Part shown: in pieces, positions 45,655 to 54,100 of the stretch
Layout of the letters: every line of letters starts with the position of its first letter
How positions within the stretch are numbered: position 1 is the stretch's first letter
NCBI GenBank assembly: GCA_018698135.1
Contig: JABINZ010000028.1
Location: forward strand, 3,698-67,697
Origin: Bacteroidota bacterium
GTDB lineage: Bacteria; Bacteroidota; Bacteroidia; CAILMK01; JAAYUY01
Reading direction: 5' to 3'
Length of the DNA: 64,000 nucleotides
Program-made: the position numbers and the translations under genes
The notes under the pieces: model-generated
The model's input: the letters and a program-made list of their open reading frames with translations, nothing else
Databases searched by the model: none
What the model was told of the DNA's origin: nothing

Positions 45655-47379
45655 TTAAAGCGCTTCTTCAGCAATATACATCTCCATTAAACCTTCAATC
45701 TGAGACATTATTTGCTTATCTGTAAAGTGTTTGCTGGCAATTGCTCCACTTGGACAAGCAGAACCACACGTACCACATCCTTTACATAAGATTTCGTTTA
45801 CATAAGAAACATTTTTTTCTTCATTATAGCTGATTGCAGTATAAGGACACACATTTACACAGGTTTGGCAACCACAACATTGGTCTTCATTTACTACTGC
45901 GGTGGTAACCTCTACAAATACTTTTCCCTGATTTATGGTTGCCAATACTCTGGCAGCTGCTGCTTTTGCCTGACTGACAGAATCGGGAATGTCTTTGGGT
46001 CCCTGACAGCCCCCCACTATATAAACACCATCTGTTGTTGTGGCAACCGGATCAAGTTTTGGATGCTTTTCAATGTAGAAATCATTTCCACACATACTAA
46101 TTCCTACCGCATGGGCTATTTTTTTTGCATCAACCTGTGCTTCAACACCAACCATTAGGACAACTAAGTCAGCTGGTACTTCAACAGATTCTCCAGAGAG
46201 TCTTTCTTCCATAATTACATACATGGAACAATCACTTCCTTTTGATGCTTTAACAACAGTTGGCATTTCATCTTTCTGATCGAACATCAGAAAAACAACT
46301 CCTTGTCTGGATGTTTTTGTATATAATTCTTCACATCCTTTTCCGAAAGCTCTCATATCAGAATAAAGTTCAAATACGTTTGTATCTGGCAAAGTCGATT
46401 TTATCTGGTTAGAGAATTTCAAAGCAGTCATGCAACAATTCCTTGAACAGTACTCATGTGTAATCTCATTTCGAGATCCTACACAATGAATAACAGCAAT
46501 ATTTTTAGGAGTTTTTCCTTCTTTTGTAAGGATTTCTCCTTTTTGAAGCATTTTTTCGAACTCTACCGATGTCAATACATCTGGGAGACGGTTGTAGGCA
46601 TAGTTACCTAGATTTGTTGGATCTATAGATTTTAATCCTGTTGCAACTATTACATTTCCAAATTCAAGTTCCCGATTATTAATGGTTGATTTAAAGTTTC
46701 CAATATATCCAAATACTTCGTCAACTTCAGAATTAAAAAAGACTTCAATTTTCTCATTATTCTCAACACTCTTTATCATCATTGCTAGCATTTGCTGAGC
46801 ACTTTGAAAATAAGGAAAAGTGAGATCAATGTTTTTTGCATGTCCTCCAAGCTTATCAGATTTTTCAATTAGATATACCTGTCTACCTGAATTTGCAATC
46901 TCTAAAGCAGCAGATATACCTGCTACTCCACCTCCAATAATCATGGTTTTTGAATCTATTTCAACAGATCGCTTCTCCAAAGCTTCATGGAATTGAACTT
47001 TGTTTATAGCAGCAGCTAACAAACTTTTAGCTTTTTTGGTTGCTGCATCCCTATCCAAATGTACCCATGACACTTGCTCCCTAATATTGGCCATTTCAAA
47101 CATGTAAGGATTCAGACCGGCATTTTCCAGTGCTTTTCTAAAAGTAAGCTCATGTATTCGTGGTGAACATGCTGCAACTACAATTCGGTTCAATTTATTC
47201 TCCTTAATATCCTTAACAATTAAATCTTGTCCAGGATCGGAACACATATATTTATAAGTCTTTGATAGTGCTACATTGGGCAAGCTCGCAATTTCTTCTG
47301 AGACTTTCTCAACATCAACCATTTTGGCAATATTGGTTCCGCACCAGCAAACATATACACCTATTCTAATTTCTTCCAT
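45655..47379 (-). CDS. hdrA: HdrA/QmoB-like FAD FeS flavoprotein (paralogue 2)
   Basis: Cys-containing N-terminal domain (VCWCG...MCSDPG...AACSPR). GGGVAGISAALE FAD motif. HCVGSR...YCSRNCC HdrA signature. C-terminal 2x[4Fe-4S] (CCGCQTCVNVCP, CKGCGTCGSACP). No inserted ferredoxin domain. Confidence 0.8.
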   Translation of the reverse strand: MEEIRIGVYVCWCGTNIAKMVDVEKVSEEIASLPNVALSKTYKYMCSDPGQDLIVKDIKENKLNRIVVAACSPRIHELTFRKALENAGLNPYMFEMANIREQVSWVHLDRDAATKKAKSLLAAAINKVQFHEALEKRSVEIDSKTMIIGGGVAGISAALEIANSGRQVYLIEKSDKLGGHAKNIDLTFPYFQSAQQMLAMMIKSVENNEKIEVFFNSEVDEVFGYIGNFKSTINNRELEFGNVIVATGLKSIDPTNLGNYAYNRLPDVLTSVEFEKMLQKGEILTKEGKTPKNIAVIHCVGSRNEITHEYCSRNCCMTALKFSNQIKSTLPDTNVFELYSDMRAFGKGCEELYTKTSRQGVVFLMFDQKDEMPTVVKASKGSDCSMYVIMEERLSGESVEVPADLVVLMVGVEAQVDAKKIAHAVGISMCGNDFYIEKHPKLDPVATTTDGVYIVGGCQGPKDIPDSVSQAKAAAARVLATINQGKVFVEVTTAVVNEDQCCGCQTCVNVCPYTAISYNEEKNVSYVNEILCKGCGTCGSACPSGAIASKHFTDKQIMSQIEGLMEMYIAEEAL

Positions 47380-47389
47380 ACATCTATTT

Positions 47390-48580
47390 TTATGCAGCTT
47401 GAGCTATTTCAATTTTATGATTTCTCTTGTAAGCAGCTTTCTTCAATCGTGAAAAATAGGCCGCAAAAGGACGATAGGCTAAGTGTGACCACTTTGAGAA
47501 TGGTACTTCCACAACTATCATAGGAACCAGTATTGCTAAGTGAATAACAAATGTAAAATATGTGGCAACAGGTAATCCCGTTAATCTAAAAATATGAATA
47601 AGAATCCCTGTTATTGTTGTTAAACCCAAAAGAATAAGAAATAACCAATCGGATACATGTGAATATTCAAATTTCACATCACTCTTTTTAAATCGACCTA
47701 TTGCTGTATACACCAGAAAGAACAACAATCCAAATGTGGCATAATAACCAAGTATTCTTTGCCAGTTATACCAAGGCTTAACTTCTTCAATTTGAAACTT
47801 GGGAAGCAACGCAACAATTACAGTAAACATGATTGTATAGCTAGTCATTAGTAGTAAATGACCAATCCAATAATTCTTTTTATCACATTTTGAGAACTTT
47901 GGTTGGGCTACAAAGTTGAAGAGCAAATGCCAGGCTTCCACAAAGTAGGAATAAAGCGGTATTCTAATACTCTTATCCTTTAAAATAACTTTATTGTACA
48001 TATTTAATATATTAGAGATAAGCAGCAATGCAACTAAAATAGCCATTGTAAGGTCTCCAATTTCAACAAAGTGTAAAAACTCAATATTTGTTATACCGTT
48101 TACAAGACTATTAATCATAACTCCTCCTTGATCGTTAATAAACGATTCAGGATTTGTAAAAATTGCTTTCGCAGGAGGAAGGAAAACAGCAAAAAGAGCA
48201 ATAACCAATAAGGCAAAAAAGCCGAGAAATCCATATTCCCATTTATGAGATGTGTAGAATTTCTTACTCAAACCAGTCCAATCATAAACCGATGTCAGAT
48301 ACCTTCTTAATGTCATCATTAATTCTCCCGGATTCGCATCGCGTGGACAAGTTTGGGAGCATTCTCCACAATAATAACAAAGCCATGGATCTACATTCAT
48401 GGTTAACTTATCTTTCAATCCCATTTGTATTTGTCGAATTCCTTTTCGCGGAAACAAAAATCCATTTTCTGTTAAAGGACAAATAGCTGTACAATTTCCA
48501 CAATGAAAGCAATCGTTCCATTCACTAATTCCATAGGACTTTAATTCCTTTTTTAAATCTGTATTTATAGTATACCTCAT
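47390..48580 (-). CDS. QmoC-like fusion: HdrC-type 2x[4Fe-4S] domain + HdrE/NarI-like membrane (haem b-type) domain
   Basis: N-terminal CFHCGNCTAICP and CYYCGECSQTCP, then about 6 TM helices with conserved-looking His (WHLLF, GHLLL, IHIF, VIHL). 4-nt overlap with the upstream hdrA-like gene. Confidence 0.7.
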   Translation of the reverse strand: MRYTINTDLKKELKSYGISEWNDCFHCGNCTAICPLTENGFLFPRKGIRQIQMGLKDKLTMNVDPWLCYYCGECSQTCPRDANPGELMMTLRRYLTSVYDWTGLSKKFYTSHKWEYGFLGFFALLVIALFAVFLPPAKAIFTNPESFINDQGGVMINSLVNGITNIEFLHFVEIGDLTMAILVALLLISNILNMYNKVILKDKSIRIPLYSYFVEAWHLLFNFVAQPKFSKCDKKNYWIGHLLLMTSYTIMFTVIVALLPKFQIEEVKPWYNWQRILGYYATFGLLFFLVYTAIGRFKKSDVKFEYSHVSDWLFLILLGLTTITGILIHIFRLTGLPVATYFTFVIHLAILVPMIVVEVPFSKWSHLAYRPFAAYFSRLKKAAYKRNHKIEIAQAA

Positions 48581-50379
48581 GATTTAACCTCCGTGATTAA
48601 TTCATTGACACGATTTTCAATATCTTTAAATGATAGGTCGAATACACTTTTTTCAACTTTATTATTGATTATATTTTGCAATACTCTCGAAGCTGCGGCA
48701 GATGCTTGTGCTACTGTATCAGGAATATCTTTTGGCCCCTGACAAAGTCCGGCAATGGAAACTCCACCACTGTTTGTATTCACAGGATCGCTTAAGGAAT
48801 TGGATTCATTATACCAGCCATTACCGTCTTGTGTAATTTTTAGCATTTTTGCCAATTCAGAAGCTTTGTTAGCTGGTTCCAAACCAACAGCCAGAATTAC
48901 CATGTCCAATTCATCTTCCAGCATTCGATCGTTTAGCATATCCTCACTTCTCAACAAAAGCTTTTCACCTTTTTGCTTTATTGTTGCAGTTTTGCCTCTG
49001 ATCATATTAATTCCCTCAGTTTTAATACGCTCATAAAACTCTTCGTAACCTTTTCCAAATGCGCGCATATCAATGTAATATTCATTTATTATTGCATCTG
49101 GAAGTTTTTCTCTCACCAAATGAGCAAGTTTTAATGAATACATGCAGCATACTTTCGAACAATATTTATTATTGTTTTCATCCCTGCTACCAACACAGTG
49201 AATAATGCCTACACTTTGGGGTTCACCATTGCCTTCTTTAAAAACCCAATTTCCTTTTTTATCTTTCTTACGATAAGTGATATTACCTTCTGTGGGTCCA
49301 GCAGCATTAATCAACCTCTCAAATTCCAATGAAGTCAGAACGTTGGGAAATTGACCATATCCATATCGTTCGATTTTTTTTGCATCGAAAACTTTAAATC
49401 CGGTAGCCAAAATGATATTCCCAACATTAATCTCAATTTCAGAATCTTTCTCATCTAAATTGATACAATCCGGAACTGGACAAATTTTTACACATACTCC
49501 ACATTTCCCATTTTCAACATAGGTGCAATTATCAGCATCAATCAAATACTTATTTGGTACTGCTTGTGGAAATGGAATATAAATAGCTTTTCGTAAGCTA
49601 GTATCTGCATCAAATTCACTAGCAGCCTTTCGGGGGCATTTTTCGGCACAATTACCACAACCTATGCATGTAGAAATATTAACTCTTCTTGCCTTTTTGT
49701 TAATCTTAACTTTAAAATCACCAGCATCACCTTGTACCTCTTTTAACTCAGAATAAGTGATTAGCTCAATATTAGGATGTTGACCGACATCAACCATTTT
49801 TGGCGTTAAAATACAAGCTGCACAATCAAGCGTTGGGAATGTTTTATCGAACATTGCCATGTGTCCTCCAATAGTTCCTGATTTTTCGAGTAAGTAAACC
49901 TTTTGACCTCCATTTGCAATTTCCAATGAAGCCTGAATGCCTGCAATACCTCCTCCAATTACTAAAGTATCTTTGTTTACAGTATTATGTCCTGGTTTTG
50001 CAACTTCTCGAAAATCCAAACCATTTACTGCGCATAGTAATACCGCTTTAGCCATTTCTGTAGATTGCCCATTGAATAAAGCATGTTCAGAAAAACTGGC
50101 CAGAGCAAGTTTTTTATGATCCAAGCCTGCTAACTTCATCGCCAAGTCAATTTTGTTCTTAATCAATCCTGGATAATCACCGGCAATAACAATTTTTTCA
50201 ACACCTGATGATTTAAATAAGGATGCAAGATCTGAAGCAGTTAGTTCTAACACTTTCCCTATCCATACCTGTTCAACTGATGGAATGGATTTCGCATATT
50301 CGATGATGACATCATTATTGAACAAGCTGGCATATTCACTATTGGAGTCATAATAACAAATACCAATTTTTACACGCAT
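48577..50379 (-). CDS. hdrA: HdrA/QmoA-like FAD FeS flavoprotein (paralogue 1)
   Basis: GGGIAGIQASLE FAD motif. FPTLDCAACILTPK. Inserted ferredoxin domain (CIGCGNCAEKCP, CGVCVKICP). HCVGSRD...YCSKVCC signature. N-terminal domain lacks the Cys set and there is no C-terminal ferredoxin domain. Confidence 0.8.
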   Translation of the reverse strand: MRVKIGICYYDSNSEYASLFNNDVIIEYAKSIPSVEQVWIGKVLELTASDLASLFKSSGVEKIVIAGDYPGLIKNKIDLAMKLAGLDHKKLALASFSEHALFNGQSTEMAKAVLLCAVNGLDFREVAKPGHNTVNKDTLVIGGGIAGIQASLEIANGGQKVYLLEKSGTIGGHMAMFDKTFPTLDCAACILTPKMVDVGQHPNIELITYSELKEVQGDAGDFKVKINKKARRVNISTCIGCGNCAEKCPRKAASEFDADTSLRKAIYIPFPQAVPNKYLIDADNCTYVENGKCGVCVKICPVPDCINLDEKDSEIEINVGNIILATGFKVFDAKKIERYGYGQFPNVLTSLEFERLINAAGPTEGNITYRKKDKKGNWVFKEGNGEPQSVGIIHCVGSRDENNNKYCSKVCCMYSLKLAHLVREKLPDAIINEYYIDMRAFGKGYEEFYERIKTEGINMIRGKTATIKQKGEKLLLRSEDMLNDRMLEDELDMVILAVGLEPANKASELAKMLKITQDGNGWYNESNSLSDPVNTNSGGVSIAGLCQGPKDIPDTVAQASAAASRVLQNIINNKVEKSVFDLSFKDIENRVNELITEVKS

Positions 50380-50621
50380 AAAACTATATTTAGTTCATTT
50401 TATATCAATTTTGTTATGGAGAGATTTGGAAGGATTGGTATATGGTTGAGCTTAAATAGGGTATCAGGTTAATTCTCTCAAATAACAGTGGATTTAACAC
50501 TAAAAATCCAACGTAATTTTACTATCAAAACACATGTCTAAAAATGACATGTCTCAAAAAAAAAACTGATATTAATCAGAAAAACCAAATGAATATTTAT
50601 AGAGCTGTAGTTTTCAATAAC

Positions 50622-51332
50622 TTAGCAATCAATATTGCTAATTTTCATTAAACCAAAAAAATCAAGAACGATAATACTTCTTCCGTTAATACTAATTAAT
50701 CTTGCTTCTTTGAATTCCTTAAGTATTCGAATAACGGTTTCGGTTGCTGAACCCACCGAATTAGCTAAATCTTCACGAGAGATACGAAGTTCGAACTGAG
50801 TATTTGAATCGTCACTTTTATAGGTGTTTACAAGAATCAAAAGCGATTCAGCTACACGCTGCCTAACAGTTTTTAAAGCAATAGAAGCCATGCGCGTTTC
50901 CGCTTCTTCTAACATTCTACTTAATGAAATAAGCATATAGTTTGTTAGATTTGGATATTTCATAATCAAATGAAATATCTTCCTATTATTTATAAAACAA
51001 ACCAATGAATCCTCAATTGCCGTAGTTGTCGTGGTATATTTTGAACCTTCTATAACTGCTTTAATTCCAAAAAGCTGACCAGGAGCAATAAATTGTATTA
51101 TTTGTTCTTTGCCATTTTCCCCGTTTCTAAATTTCTTTATTTTGCCACTATTTACACAATAAAGACCATTGGGACTGGTTCCTTCATGATAAATAGTTTG
51201 GTTTCTTTTGTAGAGAGTGCAGGTTTTCTCAATACTCAAATCACGCAAATCCTCATCAGAAAGGATGTTAAAATAGGTTTTAAACCTTACATCACATTCT
51301 TTGCAGCTTGGTTTTTCAAATACTGATTTCAT
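50622..51332 (-). CDS. Crp/Fnr-family transcriptional regulator (second copy) with N-terminal CxxC
   Basis: cNMP-binding-like domain plus HTH (ANSVGSATETVIRILKEF). C10-x2-C13, plus Cys near residues 59 and 112, positions shared with 4991..5704. Confidence 0.8.
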   Translation of the reverse strand: MKSVFEKPSCKECDVRFKTYFNILSDEDLRDLSIEKTCTLYKRNQTIYHEGTSPNGLYCVNSGKIKKFRNGENGKEQIIQFIAPGQLFGIKAVIEGSKYTTTTTAIEDSLVCFINNRKIFHLIMKYPNLTNYMLISLSRMLEEAETRMASIALKTVRQRVAESLLILVNTYKSDDSNTQFELRISREDLANSVGSATETVIRILKEFKEARLISINGRSIIVLDFFGLMKISNIDC

Positions 51333-51588
51333 TTTTTCAGATTTGAATTAGTCATTAAAAATGTTAAAATGCTAAATATATCGGCTTACGGTTTCATAAA
51401 GCATTGATATGCATTCAGTTTGCCTAATGTGGGCATTTCTTGAAGTTAAAGTTAAGTAGAAAAATCATTAAAAAACATGACTTAGATCAGTTTTTGCATA
51501 TCTTATACTTAATATGCTGATTTATATCATGTTTAGCTATCTCTTGAAGAGAATAGTATAAATATTCGTTTTTATGCCTTCAATAAAA

Positions 51589-51596
51589 TAATTTTG
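51589..51596 (+). promoter_or_regulatory. Bacteroidota-type -7 promoter box (TAnnTTTG) for hypB
   Basis: TAATTTTG, 22 nt before the ATG at 51619. Confidence 0.4.
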
Positions 51597-51618
51597 TTGC
51601 TCATAAAAAAATATAATT

Positions 51619-52407
51619 ATGTGTGGAGATTGCGGATGCGGCCAAGAAGATGGTATTAGAATTACAAAACCAGGAACAGAACATAGTCATTCTCATCATG
51701 AGCATGATCATCAACATAACCATGGCGATGATCACCACCATCACCATGATGAAAGTGGTCGAGAAATAAAGCTGGAGCAAAACGTTTTACAAAAAAATGA
51801 TTTATTAGCAGAACGAAATCGTGGATTTTTCGAAGCTAAGAACATTTCTTGTCTCAATTTAGTCAGTTCACCTGGATCAGGAAAAACAAGCTTGCTGGAG
51901 AGAACGATTAAAGAATTTGGTGCCGAAATTGATTTTTATATCATTGAAGGTGATCAGCAAACATTAAATGATGCCAACCGTATACAACAGGCTGGTGCTC
52001 CTGTTGTTCAGGTTAATACTGGGAATGGCTGTCATCTTGATTCTGATATGATCAATAAGGCAATTAAACAATTGAACCCTAAACAGGATTCAATGCTGAT
52101 TATTGAAAATGTTGGCAATTTGGTATGCCCTGCAATGTTTGATCTGGGTGAAAAGAAAAGAGTTGTGATCATCAGCGTTACAGAAGGAGAAGATAAACCT
52201 TTGAAATATCCAAACATGTTTGAGGGTTCACAATTATGTATCATCAATAAAACTGATTTAAGCCCTTATGTTGATTTTGATATAGAAAAAGCAAAGAAAT
52301 ATGCCTTACAAGTAAATCACAACATGGAGTTTATTGAGCTATCTGTTAAAACAGGTGATGGAATTGATAAATGGTACAAATGGTTAAAGGAAGAGGCTAA
52401 TTCATAA
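51619..52407 (+). CDS. hypB: Hydrogenase nickel-incorporation GTPase HypB with His-rich N-terminus
   Basis: MCGDCGCG high-affinity Ni motif. HSHSHHEHDHQHNHGDDHHHHHDE stretch. GSPGSGKT P-loop. ENVGNLVCP. Confidence 0.95.
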   Translation: MCGDCGCGQEDGIRITKPGTEHSHSHHEHDHQHNHGDDHHHHHDESGREIKLEQNVLQKNDLLAERNRGFFEAKNISCLNLVSSPGSGKTSLLERTIKEFGAEIDFYIIEGDQQTLNDANRIQQAGAPVVQVNTGNGCHLDSDMINKAIKQLNPKQDSMLIIENVGNLVCPAMFDLGEKKRVVIISVTEGEDKPLKYPNMFEGSQLCIINKTDLSPYVDFDIEKAKKYALQVNHNMEFIELSVKTGDGIDKWYKWLKEEANS

Positions 52408-52517
52408 TTATTATTGGCTTTTTTTATCTATATCAGTTTTAAATATCTATTTATTTAAATTTTGTATTAATTTGCATGCTAATAATTGCTGTTAAATTAT
52501 TATCAATACAGAATTAA

Positions 52518-53141
52518 ATGAAAAATCTTCTTCCTGAGAAAACAGTTGAACGTTTAAGTCAATGCCGAAGAGTATTGTTAAATAAGCTTGACCAAGACAA
52601 AGAGTTTATTTTCTCTCATGAAATAGCCAAATTGCTACATTTGACTCCAGTACAGGTTCGTAGAGACTTCATGTTAATGGGTTATACTGGAAGCCCGAGT
52701 AAAGGTTATAATATTAAGCGCTTAATTAAGGCTATTGGTAATACTATTGATCCAGAAGATTGTCAATATGCAGCAGTAATTGGTATGGGAAATTTAGGCA
52801 ATGCTATTGCCAAATATGTGGAACGAAAAAGGCAGTATCTCAAAATTGTTGCTAGTTTTGATATTGATGACAAGAAAATAAGTAATTGTGTTACAGGAGT
52901 AAAATGTCACCATTTGGATGAATTACCACAAGTTGTAAAAGAAATGGATATTTCAATTGCAATCATTACAGTTCCTGCCAATGCAGCTTATGATGTTAAA
53001 GAATTGCTGGTTGAAAATGGGATAAAGGGAATTCTTAATTTTACTCCTGCACCATTGAATGTACCTGACAATATTTATTTAGAAGAATTCGACTTCATTA
53101 CTTCTCTGGAAAAAGTTGCGTATTTTGTAAAGGAAAAGTAG
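52518..53141 (+). CDS. rex: Redox-sensing transcriptional repressor Rex
   Basis: N-terminal winged helix (RLSQCRRVL...), VIGMGNLGNAI Rossmann motif and GIKGILNFTPAPLNVP, typical of Rex. Confidence 0.85.
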   Translation: MKNLLPEKTVERLSQCRRVLLNKLDQDKEFIFSHEIAKLLHLTPVQVRRDFMLMGYTGSPSKGYNIKRLIKAIGNTIDPEDCQYAAVIGMGNLGNAIAKYVERKRQYLKIVASFDIDDKKISNCVTGVKCHHLDELPQVVKEMDISIAIITVPANAAYDVKELLVENGIKGILNFTPAPLNVPDNIYLEEFDFITSLEKVAYFVKEK

Positions 53142-53344
53142 TGTTTCCCACCTTTTATTCACATAAGTAAACTTTATAAGTTTTTAATCAGCTAATCCCA
53201 CCAAATCCTTTATTCATAGTCCATACATCGTTTTAAGCCTTTTTGACAGAATTTCTTTTCAAGTATATTGAATTAAGCATGGAATATTATTTGCATTATT
53301 CACAATGTTGTTGAAAATAATTTTGAATCACATTGAATGAGTAG

Positions 53345-53352
53345 TATATTTG
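53345..53352 (+). promoter_or_regulatory. Bacteroidota-type -7 promoter box (TAnnTTTG) for the T9SS cargo gene
   Basis: TATATTTG, 23 nt before the ATG at 53376. Confidence 0.4.
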
Positions 53353-53375
53353 TAAAACAATAGTAACAAAGTCAT

Positions 53376-54053
53376 ATGAAGAAATTTTACGTCTTTATCC
53401 TAATATTCCTTTTATTTGCATCTGTCGATAATGCTTTTGCTCAAAAGCTATCCTCAAAATACGATACCAGTAATGTTAAAGGTTTACCATCTACATTTGA
53501 ATTAGTTTCTTATAATTGGATTTACAACAATACTGCTACCACAACAACTTATATCTGGGTAGTGAAGGCTATTGACATCCCTGCTACTTGGTCGATTGGT
53601 ATTTGCGATAAAAACAATTGTTATTTTAATGCAGATAGTCAGGAATTTGAATTAACAGGAATGGATTCAGGCTCATTCGATATTCATTTTTATCCCGATA
53701 ACAATGCAGGTACTGGATGCGTAGAAGTTTACGTCTATCCCAAAGGGTCTTATAATGAAGGAATTACTATTGCAGGATGCTGCAATGGAACAACTGGAAT
53801 CAAACAGAATGTTTCCTTATCATTTAATATGTATCCCAGTCCAGTTAGAGATATTTTAAACATTCAATTTTCAAAGAAAGGAAGTCATTCAATTGAAATA
53901 TACAATATTTTAGGAAGACGATTACTGACTAAGGATGTTCAGAATGCAGATCGGATGCGAGTTTCGTTTGAATCTCTGCAAAATGGAATGTATGTAGTCA
54001 TGTACAGAAATGAAAAAGGTAAAGTAATTACTAAAACTATTTCTAAAGAATAG
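53376..54053 (+). CDS. Secreted protein with T9SS (Por) C-terminal sorting domain
   Basis: Signal peptide. The C-terminal 75 or so aa (MYPSPVRDILNIQF...IEIYNILGRRL...GMYVVMY...) fit the type-A T9SS CTD pattern. Confidence 0.7.
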   Translation: MKKFYVFILIFLLFASVDNAFAQKLSSKYDTSNVKGLPSTFELVSYNWIYNNTATTTTYIWVVKAIDIPATWSIGICDKNNCYFNADSQEFELTGMDSGSFDIHFYPDNNAGTGCVEVYVYPKGSYNEGITIAGCCNGTTGIKQNVSLSFNMYPSPVRDILNIQFSKKGSHSIEIYNILGRRLLTKDVQNADRMRVSFESLQNGMYVVMYRNEKGKVITKTISKE

Positions 54054-54056
54054 AGT

Positions 54057-54100
54057 AAAAAAAAAAAAAAAAAGGGACTTTTTTAAAGTCCCTTTTTTTT
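54057..54100. terminator. Bidirectional rho-independent terminator
   Basis: A-run (54057-54073), then GGGACTTT-ttt-AAAGTCCC stem-loop (54074-54092), then T-run. Lies between convergent genes. Confidence 0.75.

Noticed and set aside
42757-47379. Possible selenocysteine (in-frame TGA) in the Mvh/HdrA/MvhD genes, as in some methanogens and deltaproteobacteria.
   Set aside because: All ORFs are uninterrupted and the relevant active-site positions are encoded as Cys (DPCFSCATH; HCVGSR...CC).
54057-54073. 17-nt poly(A) run as a possible assembly artefact or slippage site.
   Set aside because: It is complemented by a T-run on the other side of a GC-containing stem. This forms a textbook bidirectional terminator between convergent genes.
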